Assembly: GCA_023379025.1 (NCBI GenBank)
Contig: JAMCTH010000003.1
Coordinates: 17,114-81,113 of the forward strand
Origin: Patescibacteria group bacterium
GTDB lineage: Bacteria > Patescibacteriota > Microgenomatia > UBA10105 > UBA927
DNA length: 64,000 nucleotides
Direction: 5' to 3'
Shown here: piece after piece, positions 8,927 to 18,366 of the stretch
Position numbering within the stretch: position 1 is the stretch's first letter
Layout: the number at the start of each line of letters is the position of its first letter
The notes under the pieces: generated by a model
What the model was told of the DNA's origin: nothing
Seen by the model: the letters and a program-made list of their open reading frames with translations, nothing else
Database searches by the model: none
Made by a program: the position numbers and the translations under genes

Positions 8927-10590
8927 AGGACGATATATCCTCCTCCCGCCACCACAACGGCGATACCTGCAAGCGTCAGTATATCGCTTACCCTTCTCAG
9001 TTTCGTATCTCCGAACGCGACGACAACCTCATGACGCCCTCGTTCCACCCAATACGTCATGAGTCCGCGATACCGGGGATCCTGAAATTCTACCGGAACC
9101 ACTTTCCCGTCGACCGTAACCGTCCATCCCGGAAAATAGAGCGTATTTTCTACAATCCGGGTACGGGTTCCCGCATTGACCGTATAGATATGAAGTGTCG
9201 TTCGGCGGGCGACCGGCTTAATAGCAGCATTTCCCTCAATGACGAGAGCGGGTCCTTTCGGCGCCTTCTCCATAAACCGGACGGACCATATGGGGCTGCT
9301 TTCGCCGGTATCCGTCGTACCCGGATAGATCCCGGTATAAAAGGATTCCGGCTTGTTGATGTATCCGCGCGGCTGCCACATGCCGTACGTCGTAAAAATG
9401 ACGAGAAAAATAGTTGCCGCAAATACATACCTTCCGGGTTTCGGAGGCAATTGGGATCCGGCAACAGACGCAATCGAAGCGCAGATGATGACGGGAACGG
9501 CAAGAAATCTCCAGGGGAACTGGAACTTCTGAAGAATACGGACATGGTCCCATACCGGGAGTGACCACTCCGTCATAAGAAAAAGCGTACATGCCAAAAG
9601 GACCAAAAGGGCTATCAGGATAGTACGTATATGCTTCTTTTTCGATCTCCACAACACGATGCCGGATCCTCCGACAGCTATCCATGCCGGGACACCCAAC
9701 TGTTTTGTAAGCTCATTGCCTCCTCCCCAACTCCAGGGCGAATAGAAAAAAGACAAAAACGGCACAAACCGCGTACTGAATTCCCTGCCGGTTACGATAT
9801 CACGGAGCGTATATTTTCCTTCAAAAAAAGCGGGAACCCAGAAAAAAGCGGACAGAACAAATCCCAGCGCCACGGCTATTCCCGCTGTTACCAAAAACCG
9901 TCCGGGACTTTTGGTACGGAACCCGGCCTCATACACCGCATACAACCCAAGAAGCGGCAGCATCATGAGGCTTATGGCGTTATGGGCCAGAATGAGACCC
10001 GCTGTCGCCGCCGCGATGAGGAGGCCGTAGAACATACGGTCCCTCTCCGAGTATGACTTCCGTTTCCCCGATCCCTCGGTATCAAACGCCCTGCCCATAC
10101 GGAATAATCCCCAAAGGATAATCGGCGGGAATACGAACGCCAGGTGTTCACCGATATCCCCGCGTACGTACATATCCACGAAGCGGTACGGCGCAAATCC
10201 GTAAAGAAGACTTCCGATGCCAGCTCCAAGGTTACCCCATTCTTCCCTCGCCCAGAGGAAAAAGAAAAGAAGCGAGGCGATATAGGAAAGTCCGGTGACA
10301 ATTTTCAGGCTGTCTGCGAGCCCCGGCCCCAGCGCGTGCAGGCCGGAAACGAAATATGACGGAAGCGGATAAAGAAACATGAGAATGGGATGTCCGTATC
10401 CCCAGTTTAGGTTTTCCGCCCATCTCGGGACGATATTTCCTTCGCGAAGCGAGAGGTAGAAATTAGCGATACGCGCGACATGATCCTGTCCGTCGTGTGT
10501 CGCGGGCAAACCTGCATGGAAAAGCGCTCCGAGAGGGAGAAGTGATAGTGCGAGGACTATAAGGATCGTTATCGCGGTGTTTTTCTTCAT
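8908..10590 (-). CDS. Family-A large polytopic membrane protein (HDG-motif)
   Basis: 560 aa with ATHDGQDHV...PRWAENLNWGYGHPILMFLYPLP. It is a paralog of 4870..6453. Confidence 0.55.
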   Translation of the reverse strand: MKKNTAITILIVLALSLLPLGALFHAGLPATHDGQDHVARIANFYLSLREGNIVPRWAENLNWGYGHPILMFLYPLPSYFVSGLHALGPGLADSLKIVTGLSYIASLLFFFLWAREEWGNLGAGIGSLLYGFAPYRFVDMYVRGDIGEHLAFVFPPIILWGLFRMGRAFDTEGSGKRKSYSERDRMFYGLLIAAATAGLILAHNAISLMMLPLLGLYAVYEAGFRTKSPGRFLVTAGIAVALGFVLSAFFWVPAFFEGKYTLRDIVTGREFSTRFVPFLSFFYSPWSWGGGNELTKQLGVPAWIAVGGSGIVLWRSKKKHIRTILIALLVLLACTLFLMTEWSLPVWDHVRILQKFQFPWRFLAVPVIICASIASVAGSQLPPKPGRYVFAATIFLVIFTTYGMWQPRGYINKPESFYTGIYPGTTDTGESSPIWSVRFMEKAPKGPALVIEGNAAIKPVARRTTLHIYTVNAGTRTRIVENTLYFPGWTVTVDGKVVPVEFQDPRYRGLMTYWVERGRHEVVVAFGDTKLRRVSDILTLAGIAVVVAGGGYIVLWRKKT

Positions 10591-12086
10591 GTCTCCGGCA
10601 TCATACGTTTCTGTATGATAAATCCCGACGGAAGCGTCTTTGTAGACACGACCGTACCTGTTTTTATAACGGTCTCAAGCCACCCCTTATATGACCATGG
10701 CTTCTCCGGATCCGGTTCGATCAGGAGATAAAACGTTTTTGATTTCCCCTCCGCCGGAACGAATCCGTATCGTTTTGTCCCGTACCACCCAAACAAATAA
10801 TCATATGCATACGTATACACCGCAGGCGTAAATACCATAAGATGGAACGGCTTGTATCCGGCGTCTTTGTAGAGGGCATCTATGGCCTGCTCTTTACCCT
10901 GTATTTTATGCGTTCCTCCGAAATCGGAAAAGTCCCTACGAACAGTTGTATAGGCATTCCCTATCCCGGTCACGGCTATCACAACCGTAACGAGGACGGC
11001 CGCAAGGCGCAGCTTCTTTTCTTCGAAAAGATACCCCAAAAGTATGCCCGAGAGAAGCGGCACGGATACGGTAAGCTCGATGATCCACCAGTCCCATATA
11101 GGCTGAACATAGGGCGCAAAAACAATATAGAGAAACACCGGCAAACCGAGAAGCCACAACACAAAAACTTTTTTTTGTCTTGCGATTTTCCCATCCCGGA
11201 TGTACAGCGCGCTTACGAGAAGAAGAAATACGGCAAACAGAACGGGAACAGACTGAACTGCCGATGAGGATGAAATGCCCGCCCAAAACACGGCGGCGTG
11301 ATTGACGAATGCAGAGCTAAGCATCTGTATGCCGGATCCATGATCTGCGCCTCGCGCCATGAAGAGTCCTCCGAGTGCGCGCGAGGTAATAAAATCGTGG
11401 CGGATATCGAACACCACAAGGGGCGTAAGCGGCAGCAGGAGAAATGTAAGGCCTGCGAGTATTGTCCTGAAATCGATATGCTTTCGGATAAACGCGATCA
11501 ATGCCGTCGCAAAGAGTACGGCAGCGAGTGTTGCGCCGGCTGCCGCCTCAAAATGAAACATGGTTCCGGTAAGAAAGAATGCGCCTATCAATGCACGCCG
11601 TCTCCCGGAAAAAAGATGATAGAGGCAGATGAAAACCCCGAGTGACAGAAGGGATACCGGAAACGGAGGCCAGATAAAACGGGATTGGGCGATAAGTGCC
11701 GGAGACGTTGCGAGGAAGAGTCCGATGACAAGGCCCGTGACTCGACCGTAGGTACGTACGCCGAACCACATCCCGAGCAGCACAACGCTCATGCCGATCG
11801 CAAACATGAGCGTCATCCCTCCGTACGGATCGCCGCCGGTCAGAAGAAACGGAACTGCCAGGAGATAGTACCATCCCGGTCCCTGAAATAATCCTCCCTG
11901 ACCGCCGACCGGCGCGCCTATAAGCGTCAGTTTATGGCCGACAACGATGCGCCGTACAGCTTCGTAAAACAGTCCCTGATCAAAGCCCCACAGATAATTG
12001 CCGTTGACGAGCTCTATAGCCCGTGGCAGGGCTGCGACCAAGATTACGGCAAAAGCCATTGCCAAAAACTTCACGGTACGATTCAT
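10587..12086 (-). CDS. Family-C GT-C fold membrane glycosyltransferase (ArnT/PMT-like, COG1807-type)
   Basis: 499 aa with about 11 TM helices. The first loop reads FDQGLFYEAVRR...TLIGAPVGGQGGLFQGPGWYY and is shared with 18363.., 26736.. and 47072... It has a C-terminal soluble domain. Confidence 0.6.
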   Translation of the reverse strand: MNRTVKFLAMAFAVILVAALPRAIELVNGNYLWGFDQGLFYEAVRRIVVGHKLTLIGAPVGGQGGLFQGPGWYYLLAVPFLLTGGDPYGGMTLMFAIGMSVVLLGMWFGVRTYGRVTGLVIGLFLATSPALIAQSRFIWPPFPVSLLSLGVFICLYHLFSGRRRALIGAFFLTGTMFHFEAAAGATLAAVLFATALIAFIRKHIDFRTILAGLTFLLLPLTPLVVFDIRHDFITSRALGGLFMARGADHGSGIQMLSSAFVNHAAVFWAGISSSSAVQSVPVLFAVFLLLVSALYIRDGKIARQKKVFVLWLLGLPVFLYIVFAPYVQPIWDWWIIELTVSVPLLSGILLGYLFEEKKLRLAAVLVTVVIAVTGIGNAYTTVRRDFSDFGGTHKIQGKEQAIDALYKDAGYKPFHLMVFTPAVYTYAYDYLFGWYGTKRYGFVPAEGKSKTFYLLIEPDPEKPWSYKGWLETVIKTGTVVSTKTLPSGFIIQKRMMPET

Positions 12087-13738
12087 AATTTCCTTGCAAG
12101 TACGATTCCGGTACTGCCGTCAAGATTGGTGAAACTGTGTTCCCCGACGCCGGCCGGAAAATCTCGGGGATCCCCGGCAAAAAGTACGGTCGGAGAGGGG
12201 GTCTCACCCTGCCAAATAATCGGTCGGAACTCAAACTTTCCGATCGTATGCGTTTCGGCAAAGCCTCCTGAGCGGGTACCTCCCTGACGGATATACCGTA
12301 CCGGATCATACCTGTCCCAGTAGAGATAGTACATATATGCGGTTGATAGCGGGCCTCTGTTTGAGACAACAATTTTCGAGTAATCCTTCTGATGCTGTAT
12401 GAGATAAGGCATGGCACGGCTCAGGGCATACAGGTAATCCGATGACGCGGCACGGGGGAACACGGTAAAATACTCTCGCCCGAATACTGCGGCACTTCCC
12501 CCCGCAATGCACAATAGGACAAACAGCGCTGTCATCCGCAGGCTGTATGATTTGAGGACACGGAGTATACCGATGCACAAAACGGCGGCAAGGATGTCGA
12601 TGGCAGGGGCCGCGGTCAATGTCCGCATGGCATGCGGCGCCATGGTGGCAAATGCAGCAGCAAGGGGCGAACTCCAAACCCACACGGATATGGTGACTTT
12701 GACTTTCCGGGAGAACTCCCCCCGGAGCACCCAGATATATCCAGCCAGTGCCATGAGGAGTTCCCACGGATACAGAAGCCCGAGATACGGAACTTTAAAG
12801 TCCTCATGATATCCCCCGGTCAGAAGCCATTTCAGATTAAGATGCGACAGATAATTCCCGGTGAATATACGAAGCGACGTAATTTTGGGGTTATACAGCA
12901 GCGTCCCGACCGGATCATGTGCGGTACGCGCCGCAAGCCAGAGTCTGTCCGTCTCCCGGTAAAGCGGATTATCGGCAAATGCCGACGTGCCGGTGACCCG
13001 GAGAAGTGCCCCGGGGGAAAGACTTGCCAGGACAATCGGAAGCGATACAAGGAAAAATATGAAACATGCCGGGATATAGGTACTCCGTCTTTTGAGGATA
13101 TCGTTGCGGAATGACCATACGAGCCCGACAATCATAACCGGTGTCAGGACTTTGAAGCTCTGATAGGTATAAAACGTCAGTGCGAACGCTACGGCAGAAA
13201 CGACGGTCCATACCGATGCATGTTCCGGCCGGACTCCCCGGAGCCATGCGTAGATTCCGAAAAGATAGAGCGTGAGGCCGAGATTCACCTCATTGCCGAG
13301 CCGCGATATGAAGATGTGCCACGGGGAAATAGTCAGAAAAAGTGCCGCCAATAATCCGGCCGTGACCCTCAACCCTCCTATCCGGATAGAGTACCGCTCC
13401 GGGTCAAACAACTCATCCGCCAAAAGATAGACAATCAATACCGCAAGGACGGAGGCTAGTGCCGACGGCAGGCGGACGGCGAGAGTATTCATGCCCAGTG
13501 CCGCGACAAACGGCACGACGGCGTATACGTACAGCGCCGGCCGGTAATCGTCGTATGCGCGAAGGAGTATGGGGAGACGGGTTCCGTATTCATCGCGGCC
13601 GGTTTCCGCGAGGGAGCGGGCATTATACGCAATCGTCACTTCGTCAAGTGACGGGCTCGGCGGGATGCTGCCAATCCGGTACAAACGGAAAAAAAGGGCG
13701 AGCGCAAGTACTACGGCAAACGGAAGGATTGTTTTCAT
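12083..13738 (-). CDS. Family-D GT39/PMT_2-type membrane glycosyltransferase (ArnT-like)
   Basis: The loop-1 motif is SLDEVTIAYNARSLAETGRDEYG. The ORF-track start at 14074 is an unlikely 112-aa leader. I trimmed it to the ATG at 13736-13738, which has a GGAGA about 10 nt upstream. An ATG at 13777 is an alternative. Confidence 0.7.
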   Translation of the reverse strand: MKTILPFAVVLALALFFRLYRIGSIPPSPSLDEVTIAYNARSLAETGRDEYGTRLPILLRAYDDYRPALYVYAVVPFVAALGMNTLAVRLPSALASVLAVLIVYLLADELFDPERYSIRIGGLRVTAGLLAALFLTISPWHIFISRLGNEVNLGLTLYLFGIYAWLRGVRPEHASVWTVVSAVAFALTFYTYQSFKVLTPVMIVGLVWSFRNDILKRRSTYIPACFIFFLVSLPIVLASLSPGALLRVTGTSAFADNPLYRETDRLWLAARTAHDPVGTLLYNPKITSLRIFTGNYLSHLNLKWLLTGGYHEDFKVPYLGLLYPWELLMALAGYIWVLRGEFSRKVKVTISVWVWSSPLAAAFATMAPHAMRTLTAAPAIDILAAVLCIGILRVLKSYSLRMTALFVLLCIAGGSAAVFGREYFTVFPRAASSDYLYALSRAMPYLIQHQKDYSKIVVSNRGPLSTAYMYYLYWDRYDPVRYIRQGGTRSGGFAETHTIGKFEFRPIIWQGETPSPTVLFAGDPRDFPAGVGEHSFTNLDGSTGIVLARKL

Positions 13739-13778
13739 AACGGAAAGTTCTCCGGGCTTCCTTTCTCTGTTTTTCATG

Positions 13779-15452
13779 CTATCGGGATGCGATAACCATA
13801 GCCGGCGATCCGTCAAGGTAGCGTATGGTAAGAAGTCCCGGTCCGGGTATTTCCCGCGGCGTTCCGATATAGAGTGTCGGCCCGTCAGGCTTTTCCGTAC
13901 TCCAGTGAATGGGGCGGAACTCGTAATTTTCAAGTGAATTCCTGTCTTCCGCAAATCCTCCCGATCGTGTACCGCCCCGGGCAAGATATGCTGCCGGATC
14001 ATACCGCAGGTAAAACAGAAAAAACATATACGGCTGCTCGAGCCTGGTGGATACGACGACGTGGGTATACTCATTATGATGGGCGTCAGCGTATGCTACG
14101 GCCTCTTTGTACCCATACTGCCAATACTGCGAATACTCCTCATCCGTATGACCGAAATACATATGGAGGTAGTACGCGATGTTTAACGCGGCAAACAAAA
14201 GAGAGCACGAGACACCGAAAACCACTGCGGCACGGCCAAGCGCCGGCTGCCGTTTCCTGAACAATCCTCCGATCCGCCCGACAGACTCCCCCACTCCCAC
14301 GGCGGCAAAAATCTGAAATGCCGGAAGAAATACGAGGGTACGTATGGCATGGGGAAGCTCTGTGGTCGGCGCCGCGGCAACCGGCGCGATAAGGAACCAA
14401 CTCCAGAGCACCCCCGCCATCCTGCCTCCTTTTCTGGTCACGAGAAACATACCATACAAAAGAAACGGAAGCTCCCAGAGATACAGAAGTCCCATGCCCG
14501 GAGCATGGTGGCGGGCATTATCTCCGGTCAGGAACAGCCATTTGAAAGAAAAGTGGGACAGGTACCCGTTTATGAGCGTCTCGGCCCACACGATCCTCCT
14601 GTTGTCCAGGATTTTTCCCCACCAGATTCCGTGGGTCTTATCATATTCGAGTTTTGTGACGCTTCTAGTGAGAAGCCCTGTTTCGTCGGCAAGAGCACTC
14701 GTCCCCTGGAGTCTGGTTATGGCGTCTTTATTCGTGACAACAGGAAGAAGCGGAAGTACCGTCAGCATTCCGACAAGAAAAAACAGCACGGCTGACCGTT
14801 TCCCTGAAAAAAATTGCTTCCGGAAAAGAACCAGGAGCACGAGCGCCATGAGCGGCAAAAAAACGCGTTCACTGTGGTACGCATAAAGCCCCAGACCGAG
14901 AAGAAATGCAGAAACAGGGAGGTACATACGGTTTCTGAGTCCTTTCAGAAAAAGTGCGATTGCCCAGATATTGATGGTCAGACCGACATTTGCCTCAAAC
15001 GCGATCCTCGAAAACTGTATATGCCAGGGTGAAAGCGCAAGAAGAAGCGCCGCAAAAGACGGCACATCTATACCGAGATACTTTTTCCGGGTTAAACCCC
15101 CCGCGTCGAGAAGTAGGCCAGTCAGAACATACACGCCGGCGATGGCAAGAACGCCGGCGATGGCGGACGGGAGGCGGACGGCCCAGACGTTCAATCCAAA
15201 CAGAGCTACGCTCGGAATGGTGAGATAGGCGTAAAGCGGGGGTTTATAATCATCAAACGACCGAAGGACCAGGGGGTATTTCGTCCCGTATTCATCCCTT
15301 CCCGTTTTGAGTATGGAATATGCATTGTACCCCAAAGCCGCTTCATCCCAGTCCGGACTCGGAGGCACCGCACCCAATGCCCAAAACCGGAGCACCGCCC
15401 CTATGAGGAGTGCGGCAAAAAAAAGTTTCAGCGGACCGGCAGTCGGTTTCAT
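13779..15452 (-). CDS. Family-D GT39/PMT_2-type membrane glycosyltransferase
   Basis: 557 aa with the motif WDEAALGYNAYSILKTGRDEYG. It is the tandem paralog of the previous gene. Confidence 0.75.
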   Translation of the reverse strand: MKPTAGPLKLFFAALLIGAVLRFWALGAVPPSPDWDEAALGYNAYSILKTGRDEYGTKYPLVLRSFDDYKPPLYAYLTIPSVALFGLNVWAVRLPSAIAGVLAIAGVYVLTGLLLDAGGLTRKKYLGIDVPSFAALLLALSPWHIQFSRIAFEANVGLTINIWAIALFLKGLRNRMYLPVSAFLLGLGLYAYHSERVFLPLMALVLLVLFRKQFFSGKRSAVLFFLVGMLTVLPLLPVVTNKDAITRLQGTSALADETGLLTRSVTKLEYDKTHGIWWGKILDNRRIVWAETLINGYLSHFSFKWLFLTGDNARHHAPGMGLLYLWELPFLLYGMFLVTRKGGRMAGVLWSWFLIAPVAAAPTTELPHAIRTLVFLPAFQIFAAVGVGESVGRIGGLFRKRQPALGRAAVVFGVSCSLLFAALNIAYYLHMYFGHTDEEYSQYWQYGYKEAVAYADAHHNEYTHVVVSTRLEQPYMFFLFYLRYDPAAYLARGGTRSGGFAEDRNSLENYEFRPIHWSTEKPDGPTLYIGTPREIPGPGLLTIRYLDGSPAMVIASR

Positions 15453-17065
15453 ACGTCAAACAAAACAAGCGCCGGTTTCCCGTCCAATAGGCGCACGGTA
15501 TTGATCACATGCGCGCCTTCCGGCACCTCTTCCGGCGGCAGGATATAAAGTGTATGCGGTTCAAACGATGACGGAGTCGCTTCCACAAAATGGTATTTGC
15601 CGAATGCCGTCACGTGATAAAACCCGGCTGCGTCAAAATAGGCGTGTTTGCTGACCAGAAATGCCATGGGGTTATACCGTTCATAGAAGAGCGTATACAT
15701 ATACGCCCGGCCTATCGATTCGGTAAGCACTATCGATGAGTAGGTATTGCCGGTCTTATTTGCGTCGGCAAGGGCCTGTTTATACCCGTATTGCCACTCA
15801 CCGGAATATTCCCAAGGGTAGTGAATGTAATAGTTATGGAGGTAATAGGCAATATTACCCAGGTACAGAAACAGCACCAGCGCCACGAGAATGGAGCCGA
15901 AACGCGCTTTCCTCATGCCCTCAAGAAACCGGGAAAGCCCCGCGGCGATCACGAGCAAAAAAACCGGCAGACCGTCTTCAATCCTGAGCGCATGCGGGGT
16001 TTCGCGGGCAGTTGCCGCAGGGACAATCGCCATGACCAGCCACCAGAGGAGAAACCATCCGGCGCCGGGAGTCCTCCCCATGATCCAATACACTCCGAGA
16101 AGAAGGAACGGAAGATCAACGAGATACAGTTCTCCGATATCCTGAATGGAAAATTTGGGATTTCCGTCTCCGGTGATAAACAGGAACCGCGGCTCAAGAT
16201 TGTCAAAAAAATGTTCGAGGAACGACCGTGTATACCCTATCCTTCTGTTATGGACGAGCTTTGCCCACCAGGTGTTCCCGTCCACCGCTGAGCGCATATT
16301 TGCGGTTGCCACGATTGAGGCATCGGTAAAGATATTGACCTCATTAAACCTGAGACGCGCCTGTCTGGAAAGAAGGTGCGGAATAATCGGCAGAAGCAGT
16401 AATATGCCGATAAGGACCCCCGACGCCAAAAATTTCTTATGCCCCATAATGTCCCGGCGTACAGAGACAAAAAGCCCGAGAGCCAGAAACGGACCGAAAT
16501 ATCTGGCACTGTTGAACGTATATACACCCATGACGAACGGTATCCAGCACGCAAGGAGGACTTGCGGATGACGCCGGGCCAACAACACCAGATACGCGCC
16601 GAGCACCATGAGACCTGTAGCGATATTTGCCTCAAAACCGGCGCGCGACAACTGTATACTCCACGGAGACAGCGCAAATACAAGAGCTGCCGGAAGCGGT
16701 ATGTTTGACTTCCTGCCGAAAAGTTCCCGGCCAAGCGCAAAAAGCGCAAGAATCGTGAGCGTTCCGGCAACAGCAGACGGCAGACGGACTGCAAGCTCGG
16801 TAAGTCCCAGAAAAGCTACAAACGGCACGGTCGCATAAATAGCAAGCGGAGGCTTGTAATCCCCGTATGCGATGAACGTATCCACCGGCAAGAACCTGCC
16901 GTGTTCGTCTTTTCCCGTTTTGAGGATGCTGTATGCGTTATAACCGATTGACACCTCATCCCAGGACAGGGAAGGCGGGTTCGTATCAACATGCCACACC
17001 CTGAGGAAAAACCCTATGGCAACGATACCGGTGAGGAGTATCCATGTACGGACGGCTCTGTTCAT
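15449..17065 (-). CDS. Family-D GT39/PMT_2-type membrane glycosyltransferase
   Basis: The motif is WDEVSIGYNAYSILKTGKDEHG. The start is trimmed from 17389 to internal Met109, which gives an ATGA overlap with the upstream gene's stop. Coordinates from track arithmetic may be off by 1 against the printed numbering here. Confidence 0.7.
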   Translation of the reverse strand: MNRAVRTWILLTGIVAIGFFLRVWHVDTNPPSLSWDEVSIGYNAYSILKTGKDEHGRFLPVDTFIAYGDYKPPLAIYATVPFVAFLGLTELAVRLPSAVAGTLTILALFALGRELFGRKSNIPLPAALVFALSPWSIQLSRAGFEANIATGLMVLGAYLVLLARRHPQVLLACWIPFVMGVYTFNSARYFGPFLALGLFVSVRRDIMGHKKFLASGVLIGILLLLPIIPHLLSRQARLRFNEVNIFTDASIVATANMRSAVDGNTWWAKLVHNRRIGYTRSFLEHFFDNLEPRFLFITGDGNPKFSIQDIGELYLVDLPFLLLGVYWIMGRTPGAGWFLLWWLVMAIVPAATARETPHALRIEDGLPVFLLVIAAGLSRFLEGMRKARFGSILVALVLFLYLGNIAYYLHNYYIHYPWEYSGEWQYGYKQALADANKTGNTYSSIVLTESIGRAYMYTLFYERYNPMAFLVSKHAYFDAAGFYHVTAFGKYHFVEATPSSFEPHTLYILPPEEVPEGAHVINTVRLLDGKPALVLFDV

Positions 17066-18366
17066 GTTTTTTGTGTGTCCCAAAACTTGAGGACTGCCAG
17101 CATAAAAAGCGTCGCAAGAAATGCCATGTGGCTGTTGTTGAAATACCTGCTGAAATACCAGATGACCGAAAGCGTTACGGCATAGCCCACGAGAAGATGC
17201 GGCGTATCGGGATGTTTCAGGTAGTACCGGAGGGACCAGAGTAGCACGGGAATCCCTAAGCCAAGCTGCCAGAATGCGAACGGATAATAGGCATGGATGT
17301 CGCGGATCAGCCTGAATTCGTAGAGCACCATTCCGAACCCGTAGCCGGATATCGGATAGCTGCCGGCGGTATTGCCCGAAAGATACCATACCGTGCTGTC
17401 AAGAAATGCTTTCGGGTCCCAGAGAAGAAACGGTCCGGCAACGACGGCAACGACGCCGGCAAGGACGGCAAGACCGGGGAGCATCCTCCGGACGGAACCG
17501 CCGTATGACACCCATAATGCCAGAAGATATCCGGGTATTGCTATCCAGATGGTCTGTTTTGAAAGTACGGCAAGCGCAAATAGCGCCGCGGAAAGGACGC
17601 GTTGTTTCCGTTCCAGAAGAAAAATTGCCAGTATATACCAGAAAAGCGCAAATGTATCGCTTCTTCCCTGGATGAAATAGTCGACGACTCCGGGAGAAAG
17701 CGCCGTCAGTATAGCGGCCAGCCGGAAAAGCGGCGGGTGGGAAAACCATTTCCGATACACCAGGATAAGTCCGGCAAGGCAAAAAAGAAGCACCATCCTC
17801 CCGTCGAAATACCCGATGGTGTGGTTTGCGAGAAAATAAAACGGAAACGGGAACAGGAGATACCACGGCGGCATGACAAAGTGATAGAGCGCGGGATTGA
17901 CTGCGGGCTTTCCCAGCTCATCGTAATGAAAGGCCTCTACCGGCGTACCGAAATAGGTTTCCTTGTAGGGATTTTTGTGGAGTATGAGATAGCGCATCGC
18001 CGCTTCCTGCTGAAGGATGATGTCATGGACACCCCATACCGGGGCAACCCCGTGACGGTCAACGATCGCCGTCACGGTAGCGCCCCCGACGACGATACAG
18101 AGGGCCGCTCCCAGAAGGAGGTTCCTCAACGCTTCCGAGGAGTACCAGGACTTCGCCCGGATAAAAAGCGCGAGGAGAATCCCGCTCGTGAGAAGAACAA
18201 ACAATAATCCGAAAAGCCAGTACGGCGTTCCCTGTATCGGCAGAATCCGGTAGGTCATGACTACCGGCACGGACAAAATCATGAGAAGGACAAACTCAAA
18301 AGCCGGAAACCAAGTCATAGTGGCCATTGTACTAGATCTTATCTCCTTCTCCAACCGCGCTTTCAT
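17062..18366 (-). CDS. Polytopic membrane protein of about 430 aa, unknown type (possible DUF2029/GT87-like GT-C)
   Basis: 434 aa with at least 10 TM helices. It is aromatic-rich (NPYKETYFG, HYDELGKP) and has ATGA overlaps at both ends. Confidence 0.4.
   Translation of the reverse strand: MKARLEKEIRSSTMATMTWFPAFEFVLLMILSVPVVMTYRILPIQGTPYWLFGLLFVLLTSGILLALFIRAKSWYSSEALRNLLLGAALCIVVGGATVTAIVDRHGVAPVWGVHDIILQQEAAMRYLILHKNPYKETYFGTPVEAFHYDELGKPAVNPALYHFVMPPWYLLFPFPFYFLANHTIGYFDGRMVLLFCLAGLILVYRKWFSHPPLFRLAAILTALSPGVVDYFIQGRSDTFALFWYILAIFLLERKQRVLSAALFALAVLSKQTIWIAIPGYLLALWVSYGGSVRRMLPGLAVLAGVVAVVAGPFLLWDPKAFLDSTVWYLSGNTAGSYPISGYGFGMVLYEFRLIRDIHAYYPFAFWQLGLGIPVLLWSLRYYLKHPDTPHLLVGYAVTLSVIWYFSRYFNNSHMAFLATLFMLAVLKFWDTQKT

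Noticed and set aside
12083-14074. Long N-terminal extensions in the ORF-track versions of several genes (12083..14074, 15449..17389, 21324..23909, 23708..25546, 26736..28373, 29128..31593, 3157..3945, 52115..53065, 52996..54087, 54515..55306)
   Set aside because: The extensions are Arg/Pro/Cys-rich non-hydrophobic leaders overlapping the upstream gene. Internal ATGs give ATGA coupling and N-termini that match the paralogs.
17041-17100. One-nucleotide mismatch between the printed coordinates and the ORF-track coordinates near the 17062/17065 junction
   Set aside because: The track coordinates are internally consistent, and the ATGA overlap is confirmed by codon arithmetic. It is probably a counting or formatting issue and has no biological meaning. 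Coordinates there may be off by 1.
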